Shown here: one piece after another, positions 51,701-64,000 of the stretch
Position numbering within the stretch: the first letter of the stretch is position 1
Layout: the number at the start of each line of letters is the position of its first letter
Origin: Octopus bimaculoides
Taxonomy: Eukaryota
Reading direction: 5' to 3'
Length of the DNA: 64,000 nucleotides
Assembly: GCF_001194135.2 (NCBI RefSeq)
Contig: NC_068989.1
Span: forward strand, 68,990,713-69,054,712
The notes under the pieces: generated by a model
What the model saw: the letters and a program-made list of their open reading frames with translations, nothing else
What the model was told of the DNA's origin: nothing
Databases searched by the model: none
Program-made: the position numbers and the translations under genes

Positions 51701-51928
51701 TAGTGGTTCCCCACCGGGGTTTTACATAGCTCAACACTTTTCCAGTCACTGAAACATGTTCTCTCAGTGAGTGCTATGGCAAACCTATACAACTGAACGC
51801 GTGAAGAACAAATTAGGAATTTTGGAAGAAGTTTCTGTAAAACTAGATTTTAAACATCGAATTAGGGTCCACAAGAGTAAAATGGGAATCAAAGGGGTCC
51901 ATAGGTAAAAATTAGTTGAGAACCGCTG
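51701..51928. mobile_element. hAT (Charlie-like) MITE
   Basis: TIRs tagtggttcccca / ttgagaaccgctg; 8 bp target duplication gactagat/ggttagat. Confidence 0.7.
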
Positions 51929-52907
51929 GGTTAGATCTTTGGTAAGGGTACGCAGAGCCGGATTAAGACCATAGAAGCCCTAAGCACTTAAAAGGTGTTG
52001 GTGCCCCCGTATAAATGTAATTCAAAATATAAACCATAAAATAGATCTTTTTATTTTTCAAAATAAAACAAGATTGACCGTAAGATGGAAAATAATGTTT
52101 ATTTTTGTATACTTCCACTTTATTTATATTTGAATAGTTTTCTCCCACTTTTATTTAATTGCAAAGTCTTTGATCAAATCCTTAGAATTAGTCTGCTTCT
52201 ATACCTAGTATAAAATAAGGCATCGCGAATATTATTTCAGTAAGTTTAAAGTGATTTCTTTTGTGCCGTAAACCATTTACCATTTCTGTGGTACCCCACT
52301 GAGTATATGACCTCATGGTTAGAATCTTCGGCTAATGTACGGCTTCAGGATTTGGAGTCCTCGGCTAGTGAATGGTCTAGTGGTTTGCGTGTAATGTAGT
52401 GGGTTCAATTCCTGAGTAGGGTGGCGCGTCGTATCCTTGAATAAGTCACTCTGTTTTATGTTGTGCCAATCTACTCACCGGTAATGAGTACCAGATGGAT
52501 TCTGGTGCAGCCCTCTCTCTTTCTCCCCCTCTCCCCCTCTCTCTACTCTCTACATCTTGAATGTTCTGTTACATCAAGTGGGAGGGAACCGAGTGGGTGT
52601 GTATGTCTCCTCGCAACAACACAGATGTCTAAAACATTTAGTTGAAGCTCATTTCAGTACATTTTACCAAACCGAAATTTTGCTCGTGACAGCTGATTGT
52701 ACTTTGTACTTGTGTAACAGTGGGAAAAAAATGACCTTGTATAATATAGTATTACTAGTCTACGGAGTCAGGAGCTCAAATGCACTTAGCGACGTTGCTG
52801 TTGTCGTTTTGTTGTTCCCTGCGTTGTTGCTTAAGTCCAGGCCAAGTCTAAATTGAACAAACCTATGATCAGAGGCTTTCCAACCGTGACTATCTCATCT
52901 TTTTATA

Positions 52908-53034
52908 CAGGGTGTCCACAAAGTCTGGCTACATGAAGTAAATGAAATTATCACATAAACAATTAAATATAAGAAATAATAATTTTGTAAAGTATGTGTT
53001 AATCCCCATGTACCCAGACTTTGTGGACACCCTG
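52908..53034. mobile_element. Tc1/mariner MITE, 127 bp
   Basis: 28 bp TIRs cagggtgtccacaaagtctgg(c/g)tacatg with TA on both sides. Confidence 0.95.
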
Positions 53035-54599
53035 TATATCAATTACTACATTTTCCTTATTTAAAGATGTTGGGTGCAATTTGAGGGCTATTTGGATGCT
53101 ATTTCTACAAAGTCAAGCAACCACACAGAGTCACCCCTGATGTTTTTTTTCTTGTTATTGTTGTTGTTGTTTAACACCAGCTGAGCTCTAATTGATCATA
53201 TCTACCTTCGATCCGTGACTATCCTGCCTTTTATTCCAACAAAGCATCTGTGGGATTAAAAGATAGGGAAGTCACGACTGGAACCCGCTCTTTCTTTTTT
53301 GTTACTAGATGATAGAATGTGTTTTGAGAGAAATTTGACTATTATTTCTAACAAGTCGAGAGACCACTTAAAAGATTTTTTTTCTTTTTTTTTTTTTGGC
53401 AAATGTTGCTTTTACCAGGTGCTCCTAAATACAACAGGAATAACTTTCTCTCGCAATTCCTTGAGTTCTTTTGATTTTCTGATAAAATTCAGAAATGTTA
53501 TATTTAACATTCTTTCGTTTCTCATCTGTTATCTTATGGCAATAAATCGATAATCTTGCATACTAGTTTTTTGGGTTTTTTTCCCCGTTTGTATTTTCTT
53601 GTCTATAAAGATCAAATCTGATCTTCCAATCTCTGTTCCCTTGCGAGATGATACTGCAAAAAAAAAAAGCGCAAAAAATCATATAATATTCATTTGTAAT
53701 AGCATTTTCAGTGATTGGTGGTAGTGGGGGGGGGGAGTTANNNNNNNNNNNNNNNNNNNNNNNNNNNNNNNNNNNNNNNNNNNNNNNNNNNNNNNNNNNN
53801 NNNNNNNNNNNNNNNNNNNNNNNNNNNNNNNNNNNNNNNNNNNNNNNNNNNNNNNNNNNNNNNNNNNNNNNNNNNNNNNNNNNNNNNNNNNNNNNNNNNN
53901 NNNNNNNNNNNNNNNNNNNNNNNNNNNNNNNNNNNNNNNNNNNNNNNNNNNNNNNNNNNNNNNNNNNNNNNNNNNNNNNNNNNNNNNNNNNNNNNNNNNN
54001 NNNNNNNNNNNNNNNNNNNNNNNNNNNNNNNNNNNNNNNNNNNNNNNNNNNNNNNNNNNNNNNNNNNNNNNNNNNNNNNNNNNNNNNNNNNNNNNNNNNN
54101 NNNNNNNNNNNNNNNNNNNNNNNNNNNNNNNNNNNNNNNNNNNNNNNNNNNNNNNNNNNNNNNNNNNNNNNNNNNNNNNNNNNNNNNNNNNNNNNNNNNN
54201 NNNNNNNNNNNNNNNNNNNNNNNNNNNNNNNNNNNNNNNNNNNNNNNNNNNNNNNNNNNNNNNNNNNNNNNNNNNNNNNNNNNNNNNNNNNNNNNNNNNN
54301 NNNNNNNNNNNNNNNNNNNNNNNNNNNNNNNNNNNNNNNNNNNNNNNNNNNNNNNNNNNNNNNNNNNNNNNNNNNNNNNNNNNNNNNNNNNNNNNNNNNN
54401 NNNNNNNNNNNNNNNNNNNNNNNNNNNNNNNNNNNNNNNNNNNNNNNNNNNNNNNNNNNNNNNNNNNNNNNNNNNNNNNNNNNNNNNNNNNNNNNNNNNN
54501 NNNNNNNNNNNNNNNNNNNNNNNNNNNNNNNNNNNNNNNNNNNNNNNNNNNNNNNNNNNNNNNNNNNNNNNNNNNNNNNNNNNNNNNNNNNNNNNNCCA

Positions 54600-54910
54600 C
54601 AGTGTTCAACTCGTACTTATTTTATCGACCCCGCTGAGCATTATGCCCGGCGTGCTCACGTTTCTACTAGCTTAAAAATTGAATAAATATTCTTTTCTAC
54701 TCTAGGCACAAGGCCCGAAATTTTGAAGGAGGGGGGGGGCCTATCGATTAGATCGACCCCAGTACGTAACTGGTACTTCATTTATCGACCGAAAGGATGA
54801 AAGGCAAAGTCGACCTCGGCGGAATTTGAACTCAAAACGTAACGGCAGACGAAATACCGCCAAGCATTTCGCCCGGCGTGCTAACGATTCTGCCAGTTCG
54901 CCGCCTTAGA
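54600..54910 (-). mobile_element. SINE family A (near-consensus copy plus a fragment)
   Basis: ggcaaagtcgacctcggcggaatttgaactc...gctaacgattctgccagttcgccgcctta. Confidence 0.9.
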
Positions 54911-55321
54911 AATTAAATAAATATTGACAAGATTGTCACTGGCATAAAAATTATCCCTGCTATAATGGAATCAGAAAATTAAAATTCAAGCTACCAATTA
55001 ATCCAAGAGACCGATAAGATTAATCAACTATATCCATTTAAATTGACTGCTTTGAGATCTGTAACATGTTTAGGCGGTATTCTTTCACAGCTTGTTGGTT
55101 TCTGTAATGTGGACATCCACCTCGATGGGATTTTACCAATTGTATCAGTTATTTTTAAATCTGGTATTTTCTTTTATCATTTTCTTTTTATCGAACTGTA
55201 ACGTTGCGACACATAACCGTAATCTCGGACAAACACACGGGGTGGGGGTGTAACCGAGTTTACTTTCATAACCCGTAACTTAAGCAGTTCGACATATATT
55301 GAACTGCTGGATGATGATGAT

Positions 55322-55365
<44 letters not shown>

Positions 55366-55927
55366 CGACGACGACGAAGATTATCATTATGATGGTGATG
55401 ACAACGACGCCGACGATAATGACGACAAAGACGTTAACGGCAATGACAACTCTGAAAGCGACAACGATGATGATGATTTATTCTTGAAATTACAAATAGC
55501 AAGCTCCTTAATTAGCAAGTCCCTTGTCATTTTATTTCATATGTATGTATGTATGTATGTATGCATGTATGTATGTTACTAACCAAGGTTAAAGAGCTTC
55601 TACCTATAAGGTAAGCTATCCCATTCCAGACAGCAAACCGACACTCAGACGTTCTATAAAGTGAACAAATATCCCTCCGGTGACCGACGCGGAGTAACTC
55701 ATTCATACATAGGAAAAAAGCAAAATAAAAAGTACGATATGTGATTTGCAAATGTAAATAAAAATTAAATATAAATAATATATATAAATATAAAAACGTA
55801 AAAGATATGCAATTTAAAAATATAAATAAAGTAAGATTTAGATATAAATAATATGTATATAAAAGTAAAAATATACATATATATACATAAAAAAGATACG
55901 AAGTGTGAATAAGTATTAAATATAAAT

Positions 55928-56339
55928 CGTAGGCGCAGGAGTGGCTGTGTGGTAAGTAGCTTGCTTACCAACCACATGGTTCTGGGTTCATTCCCACTGC
56001 GTGGCACCTTGGGCAAGTGTCTTCTTCTATAGTCTCGGGCCGACCAAAGCCTTGTGAGTGGATTTGGTAGACGCAAAAACTGAAAGAAGCCCGTCGTATA
56101 TATGTATATATATATGTGTGTGTGTGTATATGTTTGTGTGTCTGTGTTTGTCCCCCCAACATCGCTTGACAACTGATGCTGGTGTGTTTACGTCCCCGTA
56201 ACATAGCGGTTCGGCAAAAGAGACGATAGAATAAGTACTAGGCTTCCAAAGAGTAAGTCCTGGGGTCGATTTGCTCGAATAAAGGCGGTGCGCCAGCATG
56301 GCCACAGTCAAATGACTGAAACAGGTAAAAGAGTAAAAG
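55928..56339 (+). mobile_element. SINE family B, full length, young-looking
   Basis: cgtaggcgcaggagtggctgtgtggtaag head, CORE-like ccttgggcaagtgtctt, internal microsatellite, tail (gtaaaaga)n. Confidence 0.9.
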
Positions 56340-56539
56340 GATAATATATATATAAATATAATGAGTAAAAGATATGTAATTGGAAAATATAAAGTAAGAT
56401 TTAAATATAAATAATATATATATAAAAGTAAAAATATACATATATATATACGTATAAGAAAAAAAAAGATATATATATATATATATATTTACAGATATTT
56501 TGTTGGATATTGTGTTGTATTCTTGTGAAACATGGACTT

Positions 56540-57110
56540 GTGAAAGGTATTTTAAATTGTTAGAACAATTCCACCAAAAATGCCTTCATCGCATTTTAAA
56601 CATTAAATGGAGTTCTTTTACTCCAAACAGATATCCTTGCATCTGCAGGCATCACCTCAATTAAAGCTATGATTTTGAGGAACCAAATGAGATGGTGTGC
56701 CCATATTGTTCCAATGGCGGATGAACGCATGCCGCAACAGCTGTTTTATGGTGAGCTTGCTGAGGGGAAACGCTATCGGCGTAAACCTAAAAAAAGTTTT
56801 AAGGACGGCATAAGGACTATTATGAAGTCACTTGAAATGGATCCAGAAGACATAGAAACCCTTGCTTCGGATCGAGCTGGATGACGATCAGAAGTGTGGA
56901 GTGGAGTGAAAGCGTTTGAAGAGGCCAGGATAACGCATGTAAGACTCAAAAGAGATCTAAGGAAGAATGTTACGATCGAGAAGGTGAATGACAATGACCT
57001 TTTTTGTGTGCACAGTTTGTGACAGACCATGCTTTTCTTTTTCTGGACTCAAATCTCATTTGCAAACCCCTGGAAAACGAACCTCCACCAACTATTCTGC
57101 CTATATGTCT
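56540..57110 (+). mobile_element. RTE/BovB-like LINE 3' fragment
   Basis: LRNQMRWCAHIVPMADERMPQQLFYGELAEGKRYRRKPKKSFKDGIR...LASDRAG*RSEV, followed by a decayed zinc-finger-like end. Confidence 0.85.
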
Positions 57111-57468
57111 GTGCACACCTTTGAATGAAGTGTATACCAGAAGGTTTTCAATTCTAACGGAGGCCTTAAAAGACGTTTTAAGATTTACAAAGATCAGAAC
57201 TTATCTGCAGCTCTTGGTGGTCCAAATCGGATGTGCAATCTATATGGGTGTCTTTTCAGAACATTGTCTGGTTTAAAAAGTTACATCAGACGCCATGATG
57301 GTTCTAAGGTGTAGATACAGCNNNNNNNNNNNNNNNNNNNNNNNNNNNNNNNNNNNNNNNNNNNNNNNNNNNNNNNNNNNNNNNNNNNNNNNNNNNNNNN
57401 NNNNNNNNNNNNNNNNNNNNNNNNNNNNNNNNNNNNNNNNNNNNNNNNNNNNNNNNNNNNNNNNNNNN

Positions 57469-57508
<40 letters not shown>

Positions 57509-58154
57509 ATTTCCGAATGTAATAATTTGAAAACAACATTGTTAGTATTGCGAATGTTTTATGAGCAGTATTAGTAAGAGTATAAAAGTTTCCCATTTTG
57601 TCTCTTTTTGATATTTCAGTATTTGCATAATAAATGAAACACAAGCATTTATTTTTAATCATTACGGACAAAAATTGTCCTCCCCATTGTTTATTATAAT
57701 GGTGTGTCTTTTATCTTTATAATTCATTGGCAATCCATCATTAATGGTTTATACTGGAAAATAAAATAGTTGTCTGAGTATTATGATGTTTGCAATATGG
57801 ATTGTGAACATCTAATAATAACTAACTCCATTAATTTGGGTTTCCCATTGGATAGAAATATTCATGCACAAACTATTAAAAGATTACAGAATATATCTGT
57901 AAAGAGGTTTTCTGAAAAATGTAGAACGTGATTATTTTGGTTCGCATATTAATTAATTAAAAATAAAAGATCTCTCTATTCAGATGCAAATAATGATTTA
58001 TTATTAGTGTGCAGACATCGGCACTGATCAGCAAACAGTTTGTTTGCTGAAATTATAAACAAAGCCATCGGCTCTTGTGTCAATGTTTCTACTATGGGCT
58101 CAAGGTCTGAAATTTTGTGGAAAGGGGCCAGTCGATTACATCGACCCCAGTGCT

Positions 58155-58197
<43 letters not shown>

Positions 58198-58569
58198 CGA
58201 TGACGACGACGACGACGACGACGACAATGATGACGAGGGGTATTTTTAATTCGATTCGGTTTTGATTCGATAGTTTCGTTAATATAATTAAAGTTTTTTT
58301 ATTAAGTTTTTTATTTCAATAAATTAATAATAAAAGCTTTTTTCAATTAGATGTGGCTCTTAATTACTACAATATGCTTAAATATTTGATTTTCTGGAGT
58401 TTTGAATTTTTTTTTTATTTCATTATGCCGTTGTTCCGGAAAATTCGGCCTTTCTAACGGTTTTCACGGCAGTTACTGAATGCTTATGAAAACATGCGTT
58501 GAAGTTGTTAACAACCAATTATATAGACAGGCATACATTTTATAACCATTTTTACTGGTTATTCTGTAT

Positions 58570-58830
58570 TTTTCTCGGTTAATACGAAAATCTTTCTGCG
58601 GGCCACTCATTTGGGACTTGTGAGCGACAGGTAATGTTCAGGTACCATAAAGTGCACCCCATCCCCAGAAAGAAGCGTAATTTCTTGTGTATTTTACCCC
58701 TGGAACTTCTCAGTTCTTTAACAGACAATGAGAAACTGATGAACAATCTGTGTGGATCGCAAGAAGATAATGTGCAGAGTGAGGAGGACATGTGTTTCGA
58801 CTGTGAAACACACAAGCAATAGGCTGCAAA
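58570..58830 (+). mobile_element. Possible piggyBac transposase C-terminal remnant
   Basis: Across frames: RKIFLRATHLGLV, TICVDRKKIMCRV, CFDC. Weak resemblance to the Cys-rich C-terminal domain. Confidence 0.3.
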
Positions 58831-58909
58831 TTAAAGAGCAGCTATCCGCCACACGAGAGTGAGTATGGCTTAATACTACATATACTTTCGTTAATTGTTA
58901 TAGATCTGT

Positions 58910-59250
58910 ATGAAATTACAAGGAGCAGAGTTGATCTCGGCGGTATTTGAACTCACAACGCAAAAAGCCAGAGCAGATACTGCAAGGCATTTTGTCCAAC
59001 GATCTACAATTTTTAACATTAATTTTATCATTAACAAGGCGAACTGACAGAATCGTTAGCGCGCCGGGCAAAATGCTTAGCGGCATTTCGTCCGTCTTTA
59101 CGTTCTGAGTTCAAATTCCGCCGGGGTCGACTTTGCCTTTCATTCTTTCGGGTCGATAAAATAAGTACCATTTGAAGACTGGGGTCGTTGTAATCGACTG
59201 GAACTCACCTCTGAAATTGTTGGCCTTGTACCAAAATTCGAAACCAATAT
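58910..59250. mobile_element. Head-to-head SINE family A pair
   Basis: Minus-strand copy at 58910-59030 next to a plus-strand copy at 59035-59250. Further fragments at 59560-59780. Confidence 0.75.
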
Positions 59251-60095
59251 CAATTTTATCATTTAGATATTTATCATTGAAACAAGGTGGGGGTTGAATA
59301 TAGCGACTCGGATATTTCACAGTTCCTAATTTTATCGACACCCAGAAAAATGAAAATAAAAAAAAAAGAAAAAAGAAAACGCTATGCGGGATTAGAATAC
59401 GGAGTAAAGCAATTTTTGTTCTTTGCTTTATTGATACTGCTGATATACCGTCCTGTTGCTCTAGTGATGGTTCTGTTGCGTTATCATTACTCTTAAACTT
59501 TTGTAGTAACTTGCTTGATTATATGTTTACGTACGTACAATATAAATGGTTAATATTTATTGTTAATAGCACGCCTGGCGAAATGCTTAGCGGCATTTCG
59601 TCCACGTTCTAAGTTCAAATTCCTCCGGAGTCAAAATTTGAAACTAATATTATATATTGTTACAGGAAGCGATGAGCTGGCAGAATCGCTAGCACATCGG
59701 GCAAAATACATAGCGGCATTTCGTCTGTCTATGTGTTCTGAGCTCAAATTCTCCCGAGGTCGACTGAGTCTTTCATCCTTTCGAGATCTGTTTATTTCCT
59801 CGTGTTCCTTTCTGTGGAAGAGCGGAGGTTCGAAATGTAAAAGACTTTCTCACCTTCCCGAGCGTCAAACCAATACACTTGCTTGTTGTTTATACACCTG
59901 TCTTCGTCTTTTGTTTTCCTGTAAATTTCAACTGTACATATACATAAATACATACATAAATACATGCATACATACATACATATACACACACACATGCATA
60001 TACATACATACATACTTACATATATATATGAATGATATATATGTATTTATGTATCAATTCATTTACATATATAAGAATACATGCATGTGTATACA

Positions 60096-60156
<61 letters not shown>

Positions 60157-61559
60157 NNNNNNNNNNNNNNNNNNNNNNNNNNNNNNNNNNNNNNNNNNNN
60201 NNNNNNNNNNNNNNNNNNNNNNNNNNNNNNNNNNNNNNNNNNNNNNNNNNNNNNNNNNNNNNNNNNNNNNNNNNNNNNNNNNNNNNNNNNNNNNNNNNNN
60301 NNNNNNNNNNNNNNNNNNNNNNNNNNNNNNNNNNNNNNNNNNNNNNNNNNNNNNNNNNNNNNNNNNNNNNNNNNNNNNNNNNNNNNNNNNNNNNNNNNNN
60401 NNNNNNNNNNNNNNNNNNNNNNNNNNNNNNNNNNNNNNNNNNNNNNNNNNNNNNNNNNNNNNNNNNNNNNNNNNNNNNNNNNNNNNNNNNNNNNNNNNNN
60501 NNNNNNNNNNNNNNNNNNNNNNNNNNNNNNNNNNNNNNNNNNNNNNNNNNNNNNNNNNNNNNNNNNNNNNNNNNNNNNNNNNNNNNNNNNNNNNNTATAT
60601 ATATATATATATGAGAATACATTCATGCATATATACACGTGTATGCAAGTATATGTATGTATGTATACATGTATGTGTGTATATACATACATGTATGTAT
60701 ATACGCGTGTGTGTATTTATGTTATATATTTATGTATGCATTTATGTTATGTATGTATGCATGTATGTATGTATTTATGTTATGTATGTATGTAATTCTG
60801 TTTTCAGAAACTCATGTGAATTGACTGGAGAAAATCAAAACATGAATATAAAGAGAGAAAAAAGAAACACTTCCCACAGATTTAGACCTTGTTGGTGATA
60901 TCAGCAATAACGTTTATTTAATCTAACGCATCCCATCTTTTATTTGTGCAGATGATTCTAAGAGAAATCATGAAGACCATAGATATATTTTTTTATTGCT
61001 TTCAAATTCTCATTCAAACATTACCATACAGAACAGTGCCAAGTATTAGCAGCAAATCTTGTTTATCGCAAGGGAAATGAAATATTCTCTTGATAATTTT
61101 ATCAATTTTCTGTCTTTCCATTTTGTGTCTTTGTTGTCTAAATTTGGCATTGAGAAAAGAATTCATCATACATATTTGATGGAACTGTTATCAAATATTC
61201 ATAAGAATGTAACTTCTCTGAAGATGATATACTTACTGGCTTTAAGAGCATCGTCGTCAGCAACATCATCGTCATTGTCGTTGTCTTCGTCGTCATTTTA
61301 ACGTCCACTTTTGCATGCTTGCATGGGTGAGACGGAATTCGTTGTTAAGGCAGATTTTCTAAGTCTTCACGCGTTACCAAGCAAGGTAATATTTCCTCCA
61401 TGATTAAAAAAACGAAAGGACATCGCTTGTATGACAGTGACGCTCATCTACCATGTGATGTAAAGAAAAGATGGTAAAAGCACAGACACCCTGAAATATT
61501 TATATGTATATACCTCGGCCCAGGCCATGACTAACTCAATAGCACATCCTAGAAAAGTC

Positions 61560-61720
61560 TTTTAGTTAATCATTTCGGGACATCATGGACCACTTGAGTA
61601 GAGAGTTGTTGTTGGTTGAGACGTATCCAGGTGTAGGTGGTTTGTCCGGTGTTTCCTAGAGGAATTTTTCCAGGTACCTTTTGAAAATTATAGGGTTTTC
61701 TGTTTACTTTATATATATAT
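61560..61720 (-). mobile_element. CR1/L2/Jockey-type LINE 3' end
   Basis: FKRYLEKFL*ETPDKPPTPGYVSTNNNSLLKW, typical of a LINE ORF2 terminus. Confidence 0.65.
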
Positions 61721-61929
61721 ATATACATTGGGGTAGTTAATTGTCATGGACGGTCATATAGTGACCATTAGTTTCTTGTTTTGCATATATAAAGCGTTTG
61801 GTCGTATAGGCGATTCATATGTACGTAACTATATAGGTATATATTCGATTAAAGCTGTTGTTTACAAGTTAATCCGACCCAACCTGGTGCCTATCATTTA
61901 AGTACCTGATTCCTTTGGATCCTTAATAT

Positions 61930-62545
61930 TTTGTATGTGTTTATATATATATCTTCCTCTCTCTTACTCTTTTACCTCCCCTTCTCGCTCTCTTTTTTCT
62001 TTCTTATCCTATCTCCAAATCTTATCTTCTCCCCTTCACAGTTCTCTATCTATCACTCTCTCTCCCTCACTCTTCCTCCTTTGCTCAAGTGGCTCCCACG
62101 TGACCATCGGCCATTTTTCTTTCTTCTCCTAACTTGTTTTTCATTCTTTCTTCCTGTTGCAGCTGAACAAGGAAGATGTATTCTTGTCTGTCTCCTATCC
62201 AAGTTTGTTTCTTCGCGTTCGCCACCACAACCTCGTTTAGGCTTAGCAGCCCTTCCTGTTTCTTTTCACTGTCCTGTTTTTGTCACCAATTTTGACCCTC
62301 CGCAAAATCTCAAATTTTATTTAATTTGCTTTGTGGGAGCAACTGTTTTACCGAAGGTGTATCTTATCGTGAAATGCTCGAAATACGGATTAGAAAAACA
62401 GCCGACAACTGATGAAGGGTCGTTCTTTGTGTTGTTTGTCTTGTTTTCCATTTGTTTCTTTCGTTGTTCACAAAAAAAAATTCATATTCCATGTTCTGGT
62501 ACTTCGTATTTTTTTGTTGTTTACGTTTTGTGACGTCCTGTGCCT
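61930..62545. repeat. Pyrimidine-rich interspersed repeat similar in layout to 6640-7290
   Basis: CT-rich body, then ...caactgatgaagggtcgttc...gtgacgtcctgtgcc. Family unassigned. Confidence 0.4.
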
Positions 62546-62624
62546 ACATATGCATATGTATATACGTATACATGTAAGTATGTACGTATATATACACACA
62601 CATACATACACACACACAAATGCA

Positions 62625-62790
62625 TGCACATAGCGGGCTTCTTTCAGTTTCCATCCACTATATCCACTCGCAAGGCCGTAACCGGACCGGGGTTATTGCA
62701 GAAGACACTTTCCCAAAGTGCCGTACAGTAGAACTGAACCTGAAACTATGTGGTTGAGAAGTGATCGTCCCAAGCACACAGCCATGACCA
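62625..62790 (-). mobile_element. SINE family B head
   Basis: gggcttctttcagtttcc...gaagacactttcccaaagtgccg...gaacctgaaactatgtgg. Confidence 0.75.
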
Positions 62791-63264
62791 GGAAACTAAC
62801 AACGAAAATCATGGAGAGACTTTTTTTATTCGTTACTTTTGTAACAATCGTGAAAGCTAGTTTTATTGTGAAAAGATTATGTAAAACGAAAAATACTCTA
62901 ACTTAATCTTATCTCAGTAATCCTCACTGTTAGATTGATATTCTCAATGAAAATAATATATACACGAGTATGACACATTAACATTGTATTAAAATAAACT
63001 CTATCATAATTAACCGAACTACTTCTTCATTACTAAGGTAGATTAATAATAATACGTGTGTTTGTGCGTGGCAAAGGTAAAACACGAGTTTGACTTTCTC
63101 CAATAATAGAGGAGTGGCTTACCCCTCGAATGGACAAAAACGTGCCGACGATAAATAAAATTGCTTTAATATCATTAATGAGATTGTAATTAATTTTGTT
63201 GGTTTTGGTGTGTAGCCATGTGCTGACATTTGTATGTATGTCTGCATCTGATTACTACTAGGTT

Positions 63265-63346
<82 letters not shown>

Positions 63347-63393
63347 TGTGTCTGTGTCTGTGTGTCTGTGTCTGTGTCTGTGTGTCTGTGTGA

Positions 63394-63425
<32 letters not shown>

Positions 63426-63427
63426 GA

Positions 63428-63460
<33 letters not shown>

Positions 63461-64000
63461 AGTTTGTGTGTCAATATATTTTGCAAATATATATGAATTC
63501 ATTATAAATGTATATGTATAAACACATTGATATAGAAACGCACGCAAATACATACACACATATAGGTAAACAAACGACAATTATGTGCGTATGTACGTAT
63601 GCATGCATGTATGTTTGTATATAAGTACACATGTTTATATGTATGTGTTATGTTTCCCTCGGGTGACTCGTAGAGATAACATAACGAGTTATACAATTTA
63701 ATTATTACATTTATTGTTCAATTACATACAAAGAACGCACTCACCCAATGTTCGTTATGAATAAACAAAAGTCATGTCCGCCATATATATATCAATGACA
63801 TTTTACTACTCCAGTCCCACAAGACAACAACAATGAAACAATGAACTCAGACGAACCACATGACACACGGAACGTCAGACGAATTACATATCTAACAGTC
63901 CATATAACACCTTCCCACTGAAATTGATGCTACACAAGAAATATCAACAGCAAAGTCTCTCTTGGGTTTTACGGGTTCTCTTGGACCGTCTTGGGTTGTC

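Noticed and set aside
49203-55165. Further exon candidates (49203, 49349, 51005/51044-51099, 52650-52720, 53420, 55092)
   Set aside because: Each has one plausible splice site, but no combination gave a convincing continuation of the protein. RNA evidence is needed.
58631-58858. Small intron plus exon bounded by gtaatg, acag and gtgagt
   Set aside because: All three frames of the exon contain stops. It is better explained as a transposase remnant or non-coding sequence.
62370-62420. Type II hammerhead (GAAA...CTGATGA); similar idea at 7160-7205
   Set aside because: No stem I can be formed in the required register.
63800-64000. Possible exon or LTR-integrase tail (RRSKRTRK on the minus strand)
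   Set aside because: Truncated by the window edge, with stops in most frames. Too little signal to call.

Overview
AT-rich animal genomic DNA from a gapped draft assembly. About 19 N-gaps, nearly all next to microsatellites. The SINE families and microsatellite load suggest Octopus or another coleoid cephalopod; this is an inference from memory of these repeats, not a database result. There is no long intact ORF, and most entries in the ORF track are microsatellite or N-gap artefacts. Most of the window is intronic or intergenic and filled with mobile-element debris: about 25 copies of one tRNA-derived SINE, several other SINE families, three hAT transposase remnants, a Tc1 remnant, an internally deleted Helitron with an intact 3' end, RTE, CR1-like and RLE-type LINE fragments, and several MITEs. 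Short candidate exons suggest two divergent host genes. One is a minus-strand gene starting MAATSDLDYE at 8681. The other is a plus-strand gene with UTR exons near 25 kb and coding exons at 32824 and 45305, possibly the start of a PH-domain adaptor. The least explained features are a ~1.9 kb inverted duplication carrying a ~230 bp element present four times, two type I hammerhead-ribozyme-like motifs, a C/D-box-like segment whose guide matches a conserved 18S methylation site, a 57 bp near-perfect hairpin with a 19 nt echo in the next intron, a GC-rich exon-like segment open on both strands, and head/tail module swapping among SINEs. No novel multi-gene system can be firmly claimed.
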